This document shows, one piece after another, positions 10,815-23,778 of a DNA stretch of 64,000 nt. The notes beneath the pieces were generated by a model that searched no databases, had not been told where the DNA came from, and saw only the letters and a program-made list of their open reading frames with translations. Numbering within the stretch: the stretch's first letter is position 1; each line of letters begins with the position of its first letter. Both the position numbers and the translations under genes were made by a program. The stretch covers positions 1-64,000 of the forward strand of contig NIVC01003909.1 of the NCBI GenBank assembly GCA_002269645.1, read 5' to 3'. The DNA comes from Macrostomum lignano (taxonomy: Eukaryota).

Positions 10815-12368
10815 TGAAACGACAATTTATATGGGTTTTTCCCATATTATCGTTTCCTTCTGCCAACAGTTCAGGAAGACAACGAACAATGGACCTGATG
10901 GTAACTTTCTCTGTGTGATCTCTAGAGTCACATTCTCAAACTTCAGGCGAGGATCTTTCCTCTTCAATCAGTATATTTTATAAGCTAGCACACTGTACGC
11001 GAGCAACGAGGAATAGGAGCAGTAGGGAGAGAGAGTGGGATTTCGAGGCCCAATAGGCAGTGTCGGTCAGAGGTTGTGCATGCATCACGCGAGGGTCGCA
11101 TGGCTGGGCTTCTTGCTCGCCGATCATCAGGACTATTTTTAGGCATGCAGATCTTGTGCATCTGGGGAGTTGCTGCCAAGGCTGGATGCTTGTTCACGCA
11201 TCACGCGCGTGTCGGCTGATTTCTCCCATCCTCTTGCTAACGGCGCCTTCGTTTCACTTCAGTCGCTCTTTTTTCAGGGAAGCGAGGCCCTCCGAGCTCT
11301 GTTGAAAATAAGCTTGGAGCAATGATGACATGGCGTACAGTTGTGCATTTGCTTGCGATACGCAGTCCCACTTAGTAACTTGCAGTTGAGTTGATGTTGT
11401 TGAAACACGAAACTTGGTCAAGGGGCAAAGTGAACTTGTGACAACAGTGGATGAATTGTACCAGCATATCCTCTTGACTATTTAATCAGATCTGAGAGGG
11501 GGATTCACGTGAACTCGGAAACTCGACAAATTGAATGGGCTTTTCATGCCCTAAACAGTGACGCAAATAGGACTGGACACAGAGACTCGACAAATTGAAA
11601 CAGCGTCTGGTAGACAGTCAGATCAGGATGCTGGCTGAAGGTACATTGCAGTTAAATAGGACGTTGGAAAAATACCGTCTTGACCAAATTGATTGTGTAG
11701 ATCTCTCAACGAAAGTTTCTTCTTGGAAGGTTAAACTGCGTCGCTTCTTGATCTTCGTCCATCGGTCTTGTTTAGTTCGAAGTTTTCCTTTACTGAAGGC
11801 AGGAAAGTCTCAGTTCTCGATTTACTCGGATGGCTGTGGAAGACATGCAGCAGAGCGATAACTGCATGGTGTCTGAGACTTCTGTCTAGCGACGACTCAC
11901 GCGGTCAGTGGAACCAATTGAAACGAAAAATTATATTGGTTTTTCCCATATTATAATCGTTTCCTTCTGCCAACAGTTCAGGAAGACAACGAACAATGGA
12001 CTTGATGGTAACTTTCTCTGTGTGATCTCTAGAGTCACATTCTCAAACTTCAGGCGAGGATCTTTCCTCTTCAATCAGTATATTTTATAAGCTAGCACAC
12101 TGTACGCGAGCAACGAGGAATAGGAGCAGTAGGGAGAGAGAGTGGGATTTCGAGGCCCAATAGGCAGTGTCGGTCAGAGGTTGTGCATGCATCACGCGAG
12201 GGTCGCATGGCTGGGCTTCTTGCTCGCCGATCATCAGGACTATTTTTAGGCATGCAGATCTTGTGCATCTGGGGAGTTGCTGCCAAGGCTGGATGCTTGT
12301 TCACGCATCACGCGCGTGTCGGCTGATTTCTCCCATCCTCTTGCTAACGGCGCCTTCGTTTCACTTCA
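10815..12368 (-). mobile_element. Non-autonomous TRIM-like LTR element
   Basis: Direct repeats at 10815-11261 and 11919-12368 (about 450 bp, about 99% identical, TGAA...TTCA ends). 4-bp TSD ATAT (10811-10814 and 12369-12372). Minus-strand PBS TGGTTCCACTGACCG, close to the complement of a tRNA-Glu 3' end, and PPT GAAAAAAGAG. The 657-bp interior has no recognisable retroelement ORF. Confidence 0.8.
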
Positions 12369-12894
12369 ATATGAAAGTACCTTGACAGTTGCTGGGTTGG
12401 CTTAATGAAAATTCCCGCGCAACTTCTTTGTAGAAAGCGTGAAATTTAGGGAGCCTGAAAGTAGTTCATGACCGAAACATTTCAACTGCGTACAAACAGT
12501 TTCTAATGGACTTACAGCAATTATCTTTAAATGAATGCGTGCGGATTGTCAGAACTTTGTGATTGATGCCAGCCAACTAAAAAGCAACTGAGTGCTTCTA
12601 AAAAAAGCAGACGAGTGTTCCCTGTTTGAACCCAGTATCCAGGGGCCGAGACAATTAGATGTATCTTGTACCCACGGATGAATAGTATTAATCTAATAGG
12701 ATTTTTGAATAGGATTATTCACCCATGCTTGTACCATGATTTCTTTGATCCCTTTACTTATTTAGTCCAATCGCTCTGATTCCTTTGAAATAAAGAACCT
12801 GTACTCGTAGGCCACCTGTTGGTGAGTAACTATTTGAACAAAAACCGGTGAGAGCTTGAAGTCCTGGTCCTTTCCCGCACGCTGCAGCTGCTCC

Positions 12895-13286
12895 TTGCAG
12901 CAGCCGTGACGTATCCCGCTTTGATGCCGACTCTCGCCAGCAGAGCTCGACCTTCATCCCATCGTTGGCAACACTAAGCAGCGTTGGCGCTCCGGCAGCT
13001 GCTCAGCTACCAGCGTCTCAAGACCCGGCAGCCTGGTGGCAGGCCGAGCTCGGCTCCCCAGCTCGAGTCGACTTCGTCACACTGTGGAATCGAGCCGACT
13101 GCTGCCCGGAGAGGCTGGCGAACTTCCAGCTGCTGATGGACGGAGTTCAGTGCGCCAGCTACTCCACAGAGACTCCCGAGTCCGTCTTCAATGTGAGCTG
13201 CGGCCTCACTGGCAGAGTGCTGCGGGTTCAGACCCGGACTGGATCCGTCCTGACCATCTGCGAGATTCGATTCTTCCAGCTGATGG
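12895..13286 (+). pseudogene. F-type lectin (fucolectin/FTP domain) copy 1, decayed
   Basis: The 3' half is nearly identical to copies 2 and 3 (WWQAELG...NRADCCPERL...LTICEI). The 5' half has a deletion and a +1 insertion (tcaagacccg versus tcagacccg) that breaks the frame. No intact signal-peptide exon was found. Confidence 0.75.
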
Positions 13287-13984
13287 GTGAGTCGCGCTAG
13301 TTGCAGATTATCAAGCTTTTCATTTTAACTTTGAATAAGAAACACGGTGATCATTAAACAAAGAATCTCAGCTGTTCAATTCTCTTTAAGAAACTGGTTA
13401 AAACACAGCTGAGTCCACCAGCTTAAATCGCACAAATCGAAGGTATAGCAGTGACGTCACCTGTGTACTCCTGGTGTTCGCCTAAAAGACTACTTAAGCC
13501 ACTCCCTGCGAACTCAGACTGATGGTGAGTTTATGGAGGTTCATCTGCTTGCATTTCATTTGGCTCCAGAACCTCTTGACGGGTAAGGTTCAGGTGAGCA
13601 GTCGTTTTGGGTGCTGTTAGAAGTGCATCAAAGCTTTCATGTACGTCAGCATGACATGCATGCCAGCAGCTTATGTATTTTAGCATATTCATAGGTGTAT
13701 TAATTCTGATTTACTATTCTTTATCGACACGATAATAGTTATTAATGTGAGTCTTGAACTTTTTTAATTCGTGCAGTGATTAGGCTTCACCTTCCAAAGA
13801 CAACTTGTTATTAGAATGGCGTAAATTCATCAGTCACTGGAAAATACTTTTTACTTGTCACTCTATTTGAGTCCATGACACTCATTTTGACACTTATTTT
13901 GAGTAGATCAAACTAATTTTCTGAAAGCGATTGTATCCCACAATCGTATCGTCTGTGGCTGACAAAAATTAGGTCGTAAAATAA

Positions 13985-15768
13985 TGGATTCACGATTTCA
14001 CATGATTACATGATTTTAATCACGATTTTATATGAACACATGATTTCAATCACGATTTCACATGATTACATGATTTTAATCACGATTTTATATGAACACA
14101 TGATTTCAATCACGATTTCACATGATTACATGATTTCAATCACGATTTTACATGATTACATGATTTTAATCACGATTTTACATATGATTACATGATTTTA
14201 TTCACGATTTTACATGATTGCATGATTTTAATCACGATTTCACATATGATTACATGATTTTAATCACGATTTTAAATGATTACACGATTTTAATCACGAT
14301 TTTACATGATTACATGATTTTAATCACGATTTTAAATGATTACACGATTTTAATCATGATTTCACATGATTACATGATTTTAATCACGATTTTACATGAT
14401 TGCATGATTTTAATCACGATTTCACATATGATTACATGATTTTAATCATGATTTTACATGATTACATGATTTTAATCACGATTTCACATATGATTACATG
14501 ATTTTAATCACGATTTTACATATGATTACATGATTTTAATCACGATTTCACATATGATTACATGATTTTATTCACGATTTTACATGATTGCATGATTTTA
14601 ATCACGATTTCACATATAATTACATGATTTTAATCACGATTTTAAATGATTGCACGATTTTAATCATGATTTCACATGATTACATGATTTTAAACACGAT
14701 TTTAAATGATTAGACGATTTTAATCACGATTTTACATGATTACATAATTTTAATCACGATTTCACATATGATTACATGATTTTAATCACGATTTTACATA
14801 TGATTACATGATTTTAATCACGATTTCACATATGATTACATGATTTTATTCACGATTTTACATGATTGCATGATTTTAATCACGATTTTACATGATTGCC
14901 TGATTTTAATCACGATTTCACATTTGATTACACGATTTTAATCACGATTTTACATGAATACATTATTTTAATCACGATTTTACATTATTACATGATTTTA
15001 ATCACGATTTTACAATATTACATAATTTTAATCACGATTTTGACATGATTACATGATTTTATTCACGATTTCACATATGATTACATGATTTTAATCACGA
15101 TTTTACATGATTACATGATTTTAATCACGATTTTTGAATGATTACACGATTTTACTCACGATTTTAAATGATTACATGATTCTAATCATGATTTCACATG
15201 ATTACATGATTTTAATCACGATTTCACATGATTACATGATTTTAATCACGATTTTGACATGATTACATGATTTTAATCACGATTATAAATGATTACATGA
15301 TTTTAATCACGATTTTACATTATTACATGATTTTAATCACGATTTTACATTATTACCCGATTTTAATCATGATTTCACATGATAACACGATTTTAATCAC
15401 GATTTCACATGATTACATGATTTTAATGACGATTTCACATGAATACATTATTTTAATCACGATTTTAAATGATTACATGATTTTAATCACGATTTTACAT
15501 GATTACATGATTTTAATCACGATTTTACATGATTACATGATTTTAATCACGATTTCACATATGAAAACATGATTTTATTCACGATTTCACACATGATTAC
15601 ATGATTTTAATCACGATTTTACATTATAACATGATTTTAATCACGATTTTACATGATTACATGATTTTAATCACGATTTCACATTATTACATGATTTTAA
15701 TCACGATTTTAAATGATTACACGACTTTAATCACGATTTTACATGATTACATGATTTTAATCACGATT
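13985..15768. repeat. 30-bp AT-rich satellite (catgattacatgattttaatcacgatttta), about 1.8 kb
   Basis: About 58 tandem copies with 32-bp variants; source of the (HDYMILITIL)n ORFs. Confidence 0.95.
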
Positions 15769-15824
15769 TGGTATCATTGCTGAAAGTATTCGGTTGCTAC
15801 TCATGGGTAGCAAAGCGAACTTCA

Positions 15825-15945
15825 AACTACAAGCTGTTTTACAGGACTTACCGCACCCCGAACCAATCAGCACCAGCGAAGAGAGCTGAGCTGCAAGTGG
15901 CTCATGTTCTCAATCGAACGGATATATATACATATATATTCACTG
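15825..15945 (+). promoter_or_regulatory. Putative promoter of lectin copy 2
   Basis: CCAAT box at 15863 and a TA-rich element at 15922-15940. The blocks AAACTACAAGCT, ACCAATCAGCACC and AAGTGGCTCAT are conserved with 22543-22640 upstream of copy 3. Confidence 0.55.
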
Positions 15946-16022
15946 CACTGCTCAGTGTGATAATGGATTTCTCGTGAGATTGAGTTTAGATTTTTAATCT
16001 TGCTTAGGTAATTTCAAATCAA

Positions 16023-16922
16023 ATGAAGTTTACATTGATTGCTTTAATACTACCAGCTGTTTGGTGAGTGCCACAGGTGTGCGATCTGTGCATGCCAACT
16101 GTTTGCTGAGATATAAAATCTGCATTAGTAGGGTTGTTCTGGCCGCTTTTCATGGGGTTTATTCACGTAGTAACAAATTTAAAAGTGGTACAGGTTGCAA
16201 CTTCTGGTGACAGTCAGACAACTGCTGGTTAGGCTATTTCCTATTTAGGCACGTCATTCGGCTGCCCCCTGAGCACCCATACTTACAATTCCTTCGTGCA
16301 CAGGCGCAAATTTTGCATCTTTCATGTACATACTCTGTTTTTTATCTCAGTTATCCGTTTGTCTTTATCAAAGCAATTCTGTGCGTCAAACGTCATGTGG
16401 CCAAAGCGACGCGGGTTCGAATCTGTGACCTTTTGTTTCCGAGATCTCAAATGCAAACCCTGCCAGTCAGAAGAAGCCAATTGTCAATTGTCGATTTCAG
16501 GCCGCAACTGATGACGCAGCCAGTTGTGCAGCCGCTGATGCCAGACTCCTGCCAGCAGAGCTCTGAACATTCGCTTGTCGCCCCCTGCGGCAGGGCCATC
16601 GACGGCAGCACAGCGCAGTACTGGGGCTCCGGCAGCTGCTCAGCTACCAACAGGTCAGACCCGGCAGCCTGGTGGCAGGCCGAGTTCGGCTCCCCAGCTC
16701 GAGTCGACTTCGTCACCCTGTGGAATCGAGCCGACTGCTGCCCGGAGAGGCTGGCGAACTTCCAGCTGCTGATGGACGGAGTTCAGTGCGCCAGCTACTT
16801 CACGGAGACTCCCGAGTCCGTCTTCAATGTGAGCTGCGGTCTCAGCGGCAGGGTGCTGCGGGTTCAGACCCGGACTGGATCGGTCCTGACCATCTGCGAG
16901 ATTCGCTTCTTCCAGCTGATGG
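16023..16922 (+). CDS. Secreted F-type lectin (fucolectin/FTP domain) copy 2
   Basis: Exon 16023-16063 (MKFTLIALILPAV, GT donor) splices in phase 2 to exon 16501-16922 (W-PQLMTQ...CGRAIDG...CSAT...WWQAEF...NRADCCPERL...LTICEI). A GTGAG donor follows; the 3' exon(s) are unresolved. Confidence 0.85.
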
Positions 16923-17835
16923 GTGAGCTCACAGTGATTCAGTTTGCTTCGGAAATTCTCAAGCATCGAAAACTTTCAAGGAGATGTGGATATCAGGTAG
17001 GAGTTTGGGTAAGATGTCAGCATGTACTTTATTCTTTCATTATATATTTGATTCGCTTGTCATAACTGTTGTAATGCGGTTTCTTTTGTGTTTGACTTGA
17101 ATTTGCGCTGGTACAAGTATGTTGGCTATGGCTATGGCTATGGCTATGGCTATGACTACTAGCATTTCGTTCTGCCTTCTTACTTACTTCATTATTTTTA
17201 TTGGGTTCGCAAATTTTTATTCCCACTTACGATGGTTTTTGTTCTGTATATCTGCCATAGGCAACTCAATTATGCTGCATTGTGCGTGCCCGTCAGTGGA
17301 GTCAGCAGCTCAAATGCTTCTTTCTCAGTCTCCCCTAGTGGCTGCTACACTTGTAGTTCCGGTCTAAGGGCAGATCGGCAAGTGAATTCGGTCTGTCAAA
17401 CACTGTTTTTTGTCTTGACTTTGATCTGTTTCTCTCACTTTTATGAGGATCATTGCTTTTGTTTTTTACCACTGTCTGCGTTAGCCTACGATACTCTACA
17501 TCCTCCGCGTGCTGATGGGTGCAGATCAGAAGTGTAGGACTTTGAGTCCTCTCTCACAGTCTAGCAATTCCCTATCCTCTATATCCCTCCACCCCACGGC
17601 GCTGTGTCTATTTAGGTGAATGCCGCGTACAATCTCGGTTGCAATTGACGAGTAAAATACAAAGAGACTACCGCGACACTGTAGAAAATATAAATTTGCA
17701 TAGCCTTCTAGTAAGCTTTCTAAGTAGTACGCTCGTACGCGTGAAATTTACGAGAATTCTCAATTCTCTGCATTAATAAGTATGAGACATAAGAACATGC
17801 TCATGAGTTTAGGAACGGGGATAGGCTAGGGCACC

Positions 17836-18161
17836 TGGACGTGTCACCTGGACGTGTCACCTGGTCGTGTCACCTGGACCTGTCACCTGGACGTGTCACC
17901 TGGTCGTGTCACCTGGACGTGTCACCTGGTCGTGTCACCTGGACGTGTCACCTGGTCGTGTCACCTGGTCGTGTCACCTGGTCGTGTCACCTGGATGTGT
18001 CACCTGGTCGTGTCACCTGGTCGTGTCACCTGGTCGTGTCACCTGGTCGTGTCACCTGGTCGTGTCACCTAGTCGTGTCACCTGGTCGTGACACCTGGTC
18101 GTGTCACCTGGTCGTGTTACCTGGTCGTGTCACCTGGTCGTGTCACCTGGTCGTGTCACCT
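17836..18161. repeat. 13-bp minisatellite (gtcacctggtcgt)
   Basis: About 25 tandem copies, with gga/ggt variants. Confidence 0.95.
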
Positions 18162-18980
18162 AGCCGAGGCTGGACGGCAACGAGAGGATCCAATGTGAGC
18201 CTGGAGCGAGGGGACCAAAGTTAAGAAGCAGGCCCCAACGTTGCGGACGCTAGCCTTTGTCTAAGACACCCAACCTTGCTCGGCTCGCACCATCAGCAGC
18301 AGCAGCATCAACGATCTCAGCAGTACGCACATCAGCAATCAGCCGATCAGCCCAGGACAGCAAGACCAGTTTAACAGGAGTTCATTGTGCTTCCCACGCT
18401 CAATTGTTTGCACAAGTGAAAGTTAGAAAAGTTCAACCGGCTGAACTTGGTTTGCACTAAGAACTTCGGGTTCCCACGAAAACTGCTGAGATCAGCTCCC
18501 AAGATCTGCGACAGCGATACAGCTGCAACACTGGTGGAGCTGCCGAAGGATGCACGACAGCCGGGTCCGATCATGAAACTGGCTTGCAGGCGTCCAAACT
18601 TTCTCATCAAATATAATTCCCATACTTTCTAGCCATTCGAACTCTTTTGCTACGATTGCTATTGGTTACTGAGGCAGTTTTATGATAAATTTAAAAGAAG
18701 GCTGCGGAGTTGAGGCTTGGCGACTTGCGATCGAAACTTGCAGTTGAACAGAAGAGCCATTGAAATTATAAGACTTTTTCTGCACATATTGAAATTTAAA
18801 AAATTCAAACTACAAATAGACGCCCATAGGCTCGCATAGTAATGAAAAAAGCATTTCAAGGAGCGCTGGTAGAAGTCAATGTAGTGGAAATATGCAATGA
18901 AAATGGCCAAAAAACAAAACAAACTTGTAGTCACCCGAGTAGGTTCGGTTGCCCAGCCTAAGTACTCTAAGTGGTACCAG

Positions 18981-19999
18981 CAGGCATTGTGACGCTCTGC
19001 CAATGCGATACTGCTACTGACAGGCATTGTGACGCTCTGCCAATGCGATACTGCTACTGACAGGCATTGTGACGCTCTGCCAATGCGATACTGCTACTGA
19101 CAGGCATTGTGACGCTCTGCCAATGCGATACTGCTACTGACAGGCGTTGTGACGCTCTGCCAATGCGATACTGCTACTGGCAGGCATTGTGACGCTCTGC
19201 CAATGCGATACTGCTACTGGCAGGCATTGTGACGCTCTGCCAATGCGATACTGCTACTGGCAGGCATTGTGACGCTCTGCCAATGCGATACTGCTACTGA
19301 CAGGCATTGTGACGCTCTGCCAATGCGATACTGCTACTGACAGGCATTGTGACGCTCTGCCAATGCGATACTGCTACTGACAGGCATTGTGACGCTCTGC
19401 CAATGCGATACTGCTACTGACAGGCGTTGTGACGCTCTGCCAATGCTATACTGCTACTGGCAGGCATTGTGACGCTCTGCCAATGCGATACTGCTACTGG
19501 CAGGCATTGTGACGCTCTGCCAATGCGATACTGCTACTGACAGGCATTGTGACGCTCTGCCAATGCGATACTGCTACTGACAGGCATTGTGACGCTCTGC
19601 CAATGCGATACTGCTACTGACAGGCATTGTGACGCTCTGCCAATGCTATACTGCTACTGACAGGCATTGTGACGCTCTGCCAATGCGATACTGCTACTGA
19701 CAGGCATTGTGACGCTCTGCCAATGCGATACTGCTACTGACAGGCATTGTGACGCTCTGCCAATGCTATACTGCTACTGACAGGCATTGTGACGCTCTGC
19801 CAATGCGATACTGCTACTGACAGGCATTGTGACGCTCTGCCAATGCGATACTGCTACTGACAGGCGTTGTGACGCTCTGCCAATGCTATACTGCTACTGA
19901 CAGGCATTGTGACGCTCTGCCAATGCTATACTGCTACTGACAGGCATTGTGACGCTCTGCCAATGCGATACTGCTACTGACAGGCATTGTGACGCTCTG
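18981..19999. repeat. 40-bp satellite (caggcattgtgacgctctgccaatgcgatactgctactga)
   Basis: About 25 highly homogeneous copies with few substitutions. Confidence 0.97.
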
Positions 20000-20929
20000 G
20001 GTACGAGTAAGCTTGTTTTGGCGTGATGATGCTCAGAACTCGCGTTGCTCCCAGAGGTGCTGCGACACTCTCTGGTGCTTATACAGTGGTAGTACAGTAC
20101 AATAAGTACAATAAAAGTACATATGCTCTCCCGCGATATGACGCTCTGGAAAGAAGTTACTGTAAGAGCGTAGCCTATCAAACTTCCCAGAAAAGAGTGA
20201 ATACTCAAAGCAGGCGGCTACCAGTGGCTGAGTTACCGAACGCGCTTTTATTTGAGTTCTCACCGGTGGCAATAACTTACCAGGACACGGGGCGGTCTTG
20301 CTCGCTGGTGGATTTAGCGGTCTACAATTTACTTCTCTGGCCCGGTCTCGGGGTTAAATTTTAAAGCTTTTCGGCTGCTTACTCTTAACCGAATCTGTCT
20401 CTGAGACTTGTCAGACCGCTGTGAGTCGTGCGGCGTCACAAAAAGGCGGGCGCAAGAAGGAACATGCAACAAGGGGTCGTGCAAAAAAGTATAAATATCA
20501 AGTCAGGCCTGAGGGCAGACGGCCCGGCCCCACCGGCTAAGCCGACAAAAATAGAGACCCGCACCGGCCAGCCAATCAAAACCCCGCCTGGGGGAGGGGT
20601 GCAGCGCCCGCGCCAAAGCCGGCCCGGCCGCAGCCAACCAACTCAGAGCATGGGGCAGGGCGCACGGTTGGGGAGGGGTGCGCACAAAGCCCAGCGGCCA
20701 AGCGAACCTTGCCACGAACGCCAACCCCCCCCCCTCAGCGAGTCCTAAAGTGCATCGCGCCCTGCCAAAAAGACAAGGGCACATGCACTACAAACATCCT
20801 GCTGCTTTGAGCAATTCTCTTTTGACTCTTGCACTAATGATGCAATCGCGGTCGAATAAAAAGCCTAAATGTGCGACTTCAACTCGAGCGAAGTCACGAG
20901 TGAGAACTGAGAGTGCAAATGTTACTCAG

Positions 20930-21235
20930 CCTCCACCTTATCCCCACTGCGCATCTCCTCTTGTGTCTCATCAGTGTGAGCGACTGCAGCACTAACTTCA
21001 CTTAGCAAAAGATTAGCCTCTTCAGCAGAAAAAGTAAGCTTGCAAGCAGCAGGCAACTCAAGGACAGACTGAAGCAGATTTTTACCATTGTCAGCAGCGC
21101 AGTTCTTACGGCTGAAGCTACTGCCAAGAAGCTGGTTGACAATTATCGATCTAAAAGCTGCAGCTGCCTGCCTGTACTCAGGACAATTGTTGAAGCCGCC
21201 TCTTCTCCTCATGCAATTTTCCTCCTTATGCAGGA
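20930..21235 (-). mobile_element. P-element/THAP9-like transposase C-terminal remnant
   Basis: ORF 20922..21212 has MRRRGGFNNCPEYRQAAAAFRSIIVNQLL...NCAAD, resembling the R..GG.N.NP...QF..A...LL...NC..D motif of P-element transposases. No TIRs identified. Confidence 0.5.
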
Positions 21236-21991
21236 AATGCTGTTCTCTACAGGACCTGGGGTGAAATTTCTGTTTCAGTCGCTTGCTCCGGTTTCACGTC
21301 ACGCCTCAGCAGTGCTCATACACCCTGCCTCCTACCGGCTTTCTACTTTCTACCGGCTTGCCCGTGTTTTAATCTATAACCACATACCGGGTGGCGCATA
21401 AGTATTAAGTAACTATATAGATTTAAACCTTGTCTATGTCGAGGTATATGGTCACTTGCTCGCTAACGAGCCGCTGCTTACCATAGGTATGTATTTTAGC
21501 AGAGCATGCCACTCCCTGTTCTTCTTCGGGCACACTGGAAAGGACCCTTCGTCTGCCCTTCGGTTTTGCATATGAAGCCATCTCTTTTAGTGCTTGAATG
21601 TTGAGCACTGCTGACCAGAGACAAATAGACATCCGAAAGTCTCGACTCGCCACCATAGCCGTCAGGGAGGGACAAGCCGGAAAAAATTGCAAAAAAATTG
21701 TTAAGTGCCATCCAGCCTACTTAATTTTTCACAATTAGCTAGCGTAGAAAGTAGTTCATTCTTGTGGCTAGAAAATTTCTCAAAATGCGTAATGGAGCAT
21801 TCTGCTTTTATTCTGTGGGACGCAATAGTCACATTGTATTGACAATTTATTTGATTGTCCGATTTCAGTTAAAATTGAATAAGCTCTTAGGGAGCGCCGT
21901 GACGCAGAATCACCAACATGAGCAGCGGGTCCGCCACCGTCACCGCGTTGATCGCTGCCAGGGCTGCCATCTCCGCTCACTTGAAGGTGTC

Positions 21992-22510
21992 GCAAGTGAT
22001 ACTCATTGTGAGCCAGTGACACTCATTGTGAGCTAGTGACACTCATTTTGAGCCAGTGACACTCATTTTGAGCCAGTGACACTCATTTCAAGCAAGTGAT
22101 ACTCATTGTGAGCCAGTGACACTCATTTCAAGCAAGTGATACTCATTGCGAGCCAGTGACACTCATTTCAAGCAAGTGATACTCATTGCGAGCCAGTGAC
22201 ACTCATTTCAAGCAAGTGATACTCATTGCGAGCCAGTGACACTCATTTCAAGCAAGTGATACTCATTGCGAGCCAGTGACACTCATTTCAAGCAAGTGAT
22301 ACTCATTGCGAGCCAGTGACACTCATTTCAAGCAAGTGATACTCATTGCGAGCCAGTGACACTCATTTTTAGTCAGTGACACTCATTTGTAGCCAGTGAT
22401 ACTCATTTTTAGTCAGTGACATTCAGTTTGAGCCAGTGACATTCAGTTTGAGCCGGTGACACTCATTTTTAACCAGTGACACTCAACACCAGTGACCAGT
22501 GACACTCTGA
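21992..22510. repeat. 20-bp minisatellite with 40-bp dimeric higher-order structure
   Basis: Alternating units gagccagtgacactcatttc / aagcaagtgatactcattgc in the centre, more degenerate at the edges. Confidence 0.93.
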
Positions 22511-22542
22511 TACTATTACTACTCATTAGTAGCAAAGCAAAA

Positions 22543-22640
22543 TTCAAAACTACAAGCTCTTTCCCTTGACTTTCCGAACCTCGAGCGCCCGGACCAATCA
22601 GCACCGGCGAAGTGGCTCATCTCCTGCATTATAGGGGATC
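22543..22640 (+). promoter_or_regulatory. Putative promoter of lectin copy 3
   Basis: CCAAT at 22594 and TATA-like TATAGG at 22630; paralogous to 15825-15945. Confidence 0.55.
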
Positions 22641-22714
22641 ATTTACTCACTGCACAGCTCATTTGGCTGTATGCTGTCTCGCAGGATTTTTTAGATCAGA
22701 TCATCTAAAATCGC

Positions 22715-23778
22715 ATGAATTCAATGTTGATAGCCCTATTATTCGCGGCTGTTTGGTGAGTTCCGAAGGAGTGCGGGCCAGAGTTGCTTGCTGAGTTGTA
22801 GCCGTGCGTCGATGGTGGAATATCAAGCATCCTCGTTTTCACAGAGCCCTCAGGATGCACATAAACTCCATAAAAAGCGTCATCTCGAAAATGCGTTATG
22901 TCAAACATAGATGAAACATCATGTCAAACATAGATGAAACATCATGTCAAACATAGATGAAACATCATGTCAAACATAGATGAAACATCATGTCAAACAT
23001 AGATGAAACATCATGTCAAACATAGATGAAACATCATGTCAAACATAGATGAAACATCATGTCAAACATAGATGAAACATCATGTCAAACATAGATGAAA
23101 CATCATGTCAAACATAAATGAAACATCATGTCAAACATAAATGAAGCACCATGTCAAGCATAAAAGCGTCATGTCGAAAAGAAGCGTCATGTCCAGCAAA
23201 AGATTCTTTTGAGAAATTGTTGAGAAGTCAAAGCTTTCGGGGGGGGTTGCTGAGATGTAGTTTGTTCATAAGCTTATATTCAATTCTTTGTTGCAGGGGG
23301 GGGGGGGGAGGGCGCTGCTTGCTAGTACTAGCTAAAAACACAAATTTCTCATATTTCAGGATGCAGCCGATGACCCAGGCTCCCGTGAGGCTGCTGACGC
23401 CTGTCTCCTGCAATCAGAGTTCCACCTTTCACTTCACCAGCTGCGACAGGGCCATCGACGGCAGCACAGCGCAGTACTGGAACTCTGACAGCTGCTCAGC
23501 TACCAACAGCTCAGACACGGCAGCCTGGTGGCAGGCCGAGCTCGGCTCCCCAGCTCGAGTCGACTTCGTCACCCTGTGGAATCGAGCCGACTGCTGCCCG
23601 GAGAGGCTGGCGAACTTCCAGCTGCTGATGGATGGAGTTCAGTGCGCCAGCTACTCCACAGAGACTCCCGAGTCCGTCTTCAATGTGAGCTGCGGTCTCA
23701 GCGGCAGGGTGCTGCGGGTTCAGACCCTGACAGGAGTGGTCCTGACCATCTGCGAGATTCGCTTCTTCCAGCTGATGG
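22715..23778 (+). CDS. Secreted F-type lectin (fucolectin/FTP domain) copy 3
   Basis: Exon 22715-22755 (MNSMLIALLFAAV) splices in phase 2 to exon 23360-23778 (W-MQPMTQ...CDRAIDG...CSAT...WWQAELG...NRADCCPERL...LTICEI). A GTGAG donor follows; read-through would stop after MGERS. Confidence 0.85.
22898..23160. repeat. 23-bp intronic minisatellite (atgtcaaacatagatgaaacatc)
   Basis: About 11 near-perfect copies inside intron 1 of lectin copy 3. Confidence 0.95.

Noticed and set aside
18225-18330. Minus-strand MCVLLRSLMLLLLMVRAEQG as a signal-peptide exon
   Set aside because: The hydrophobicity derives from a (CAG/CAT)n-like run. There is no convincing donor site or downstream exon.
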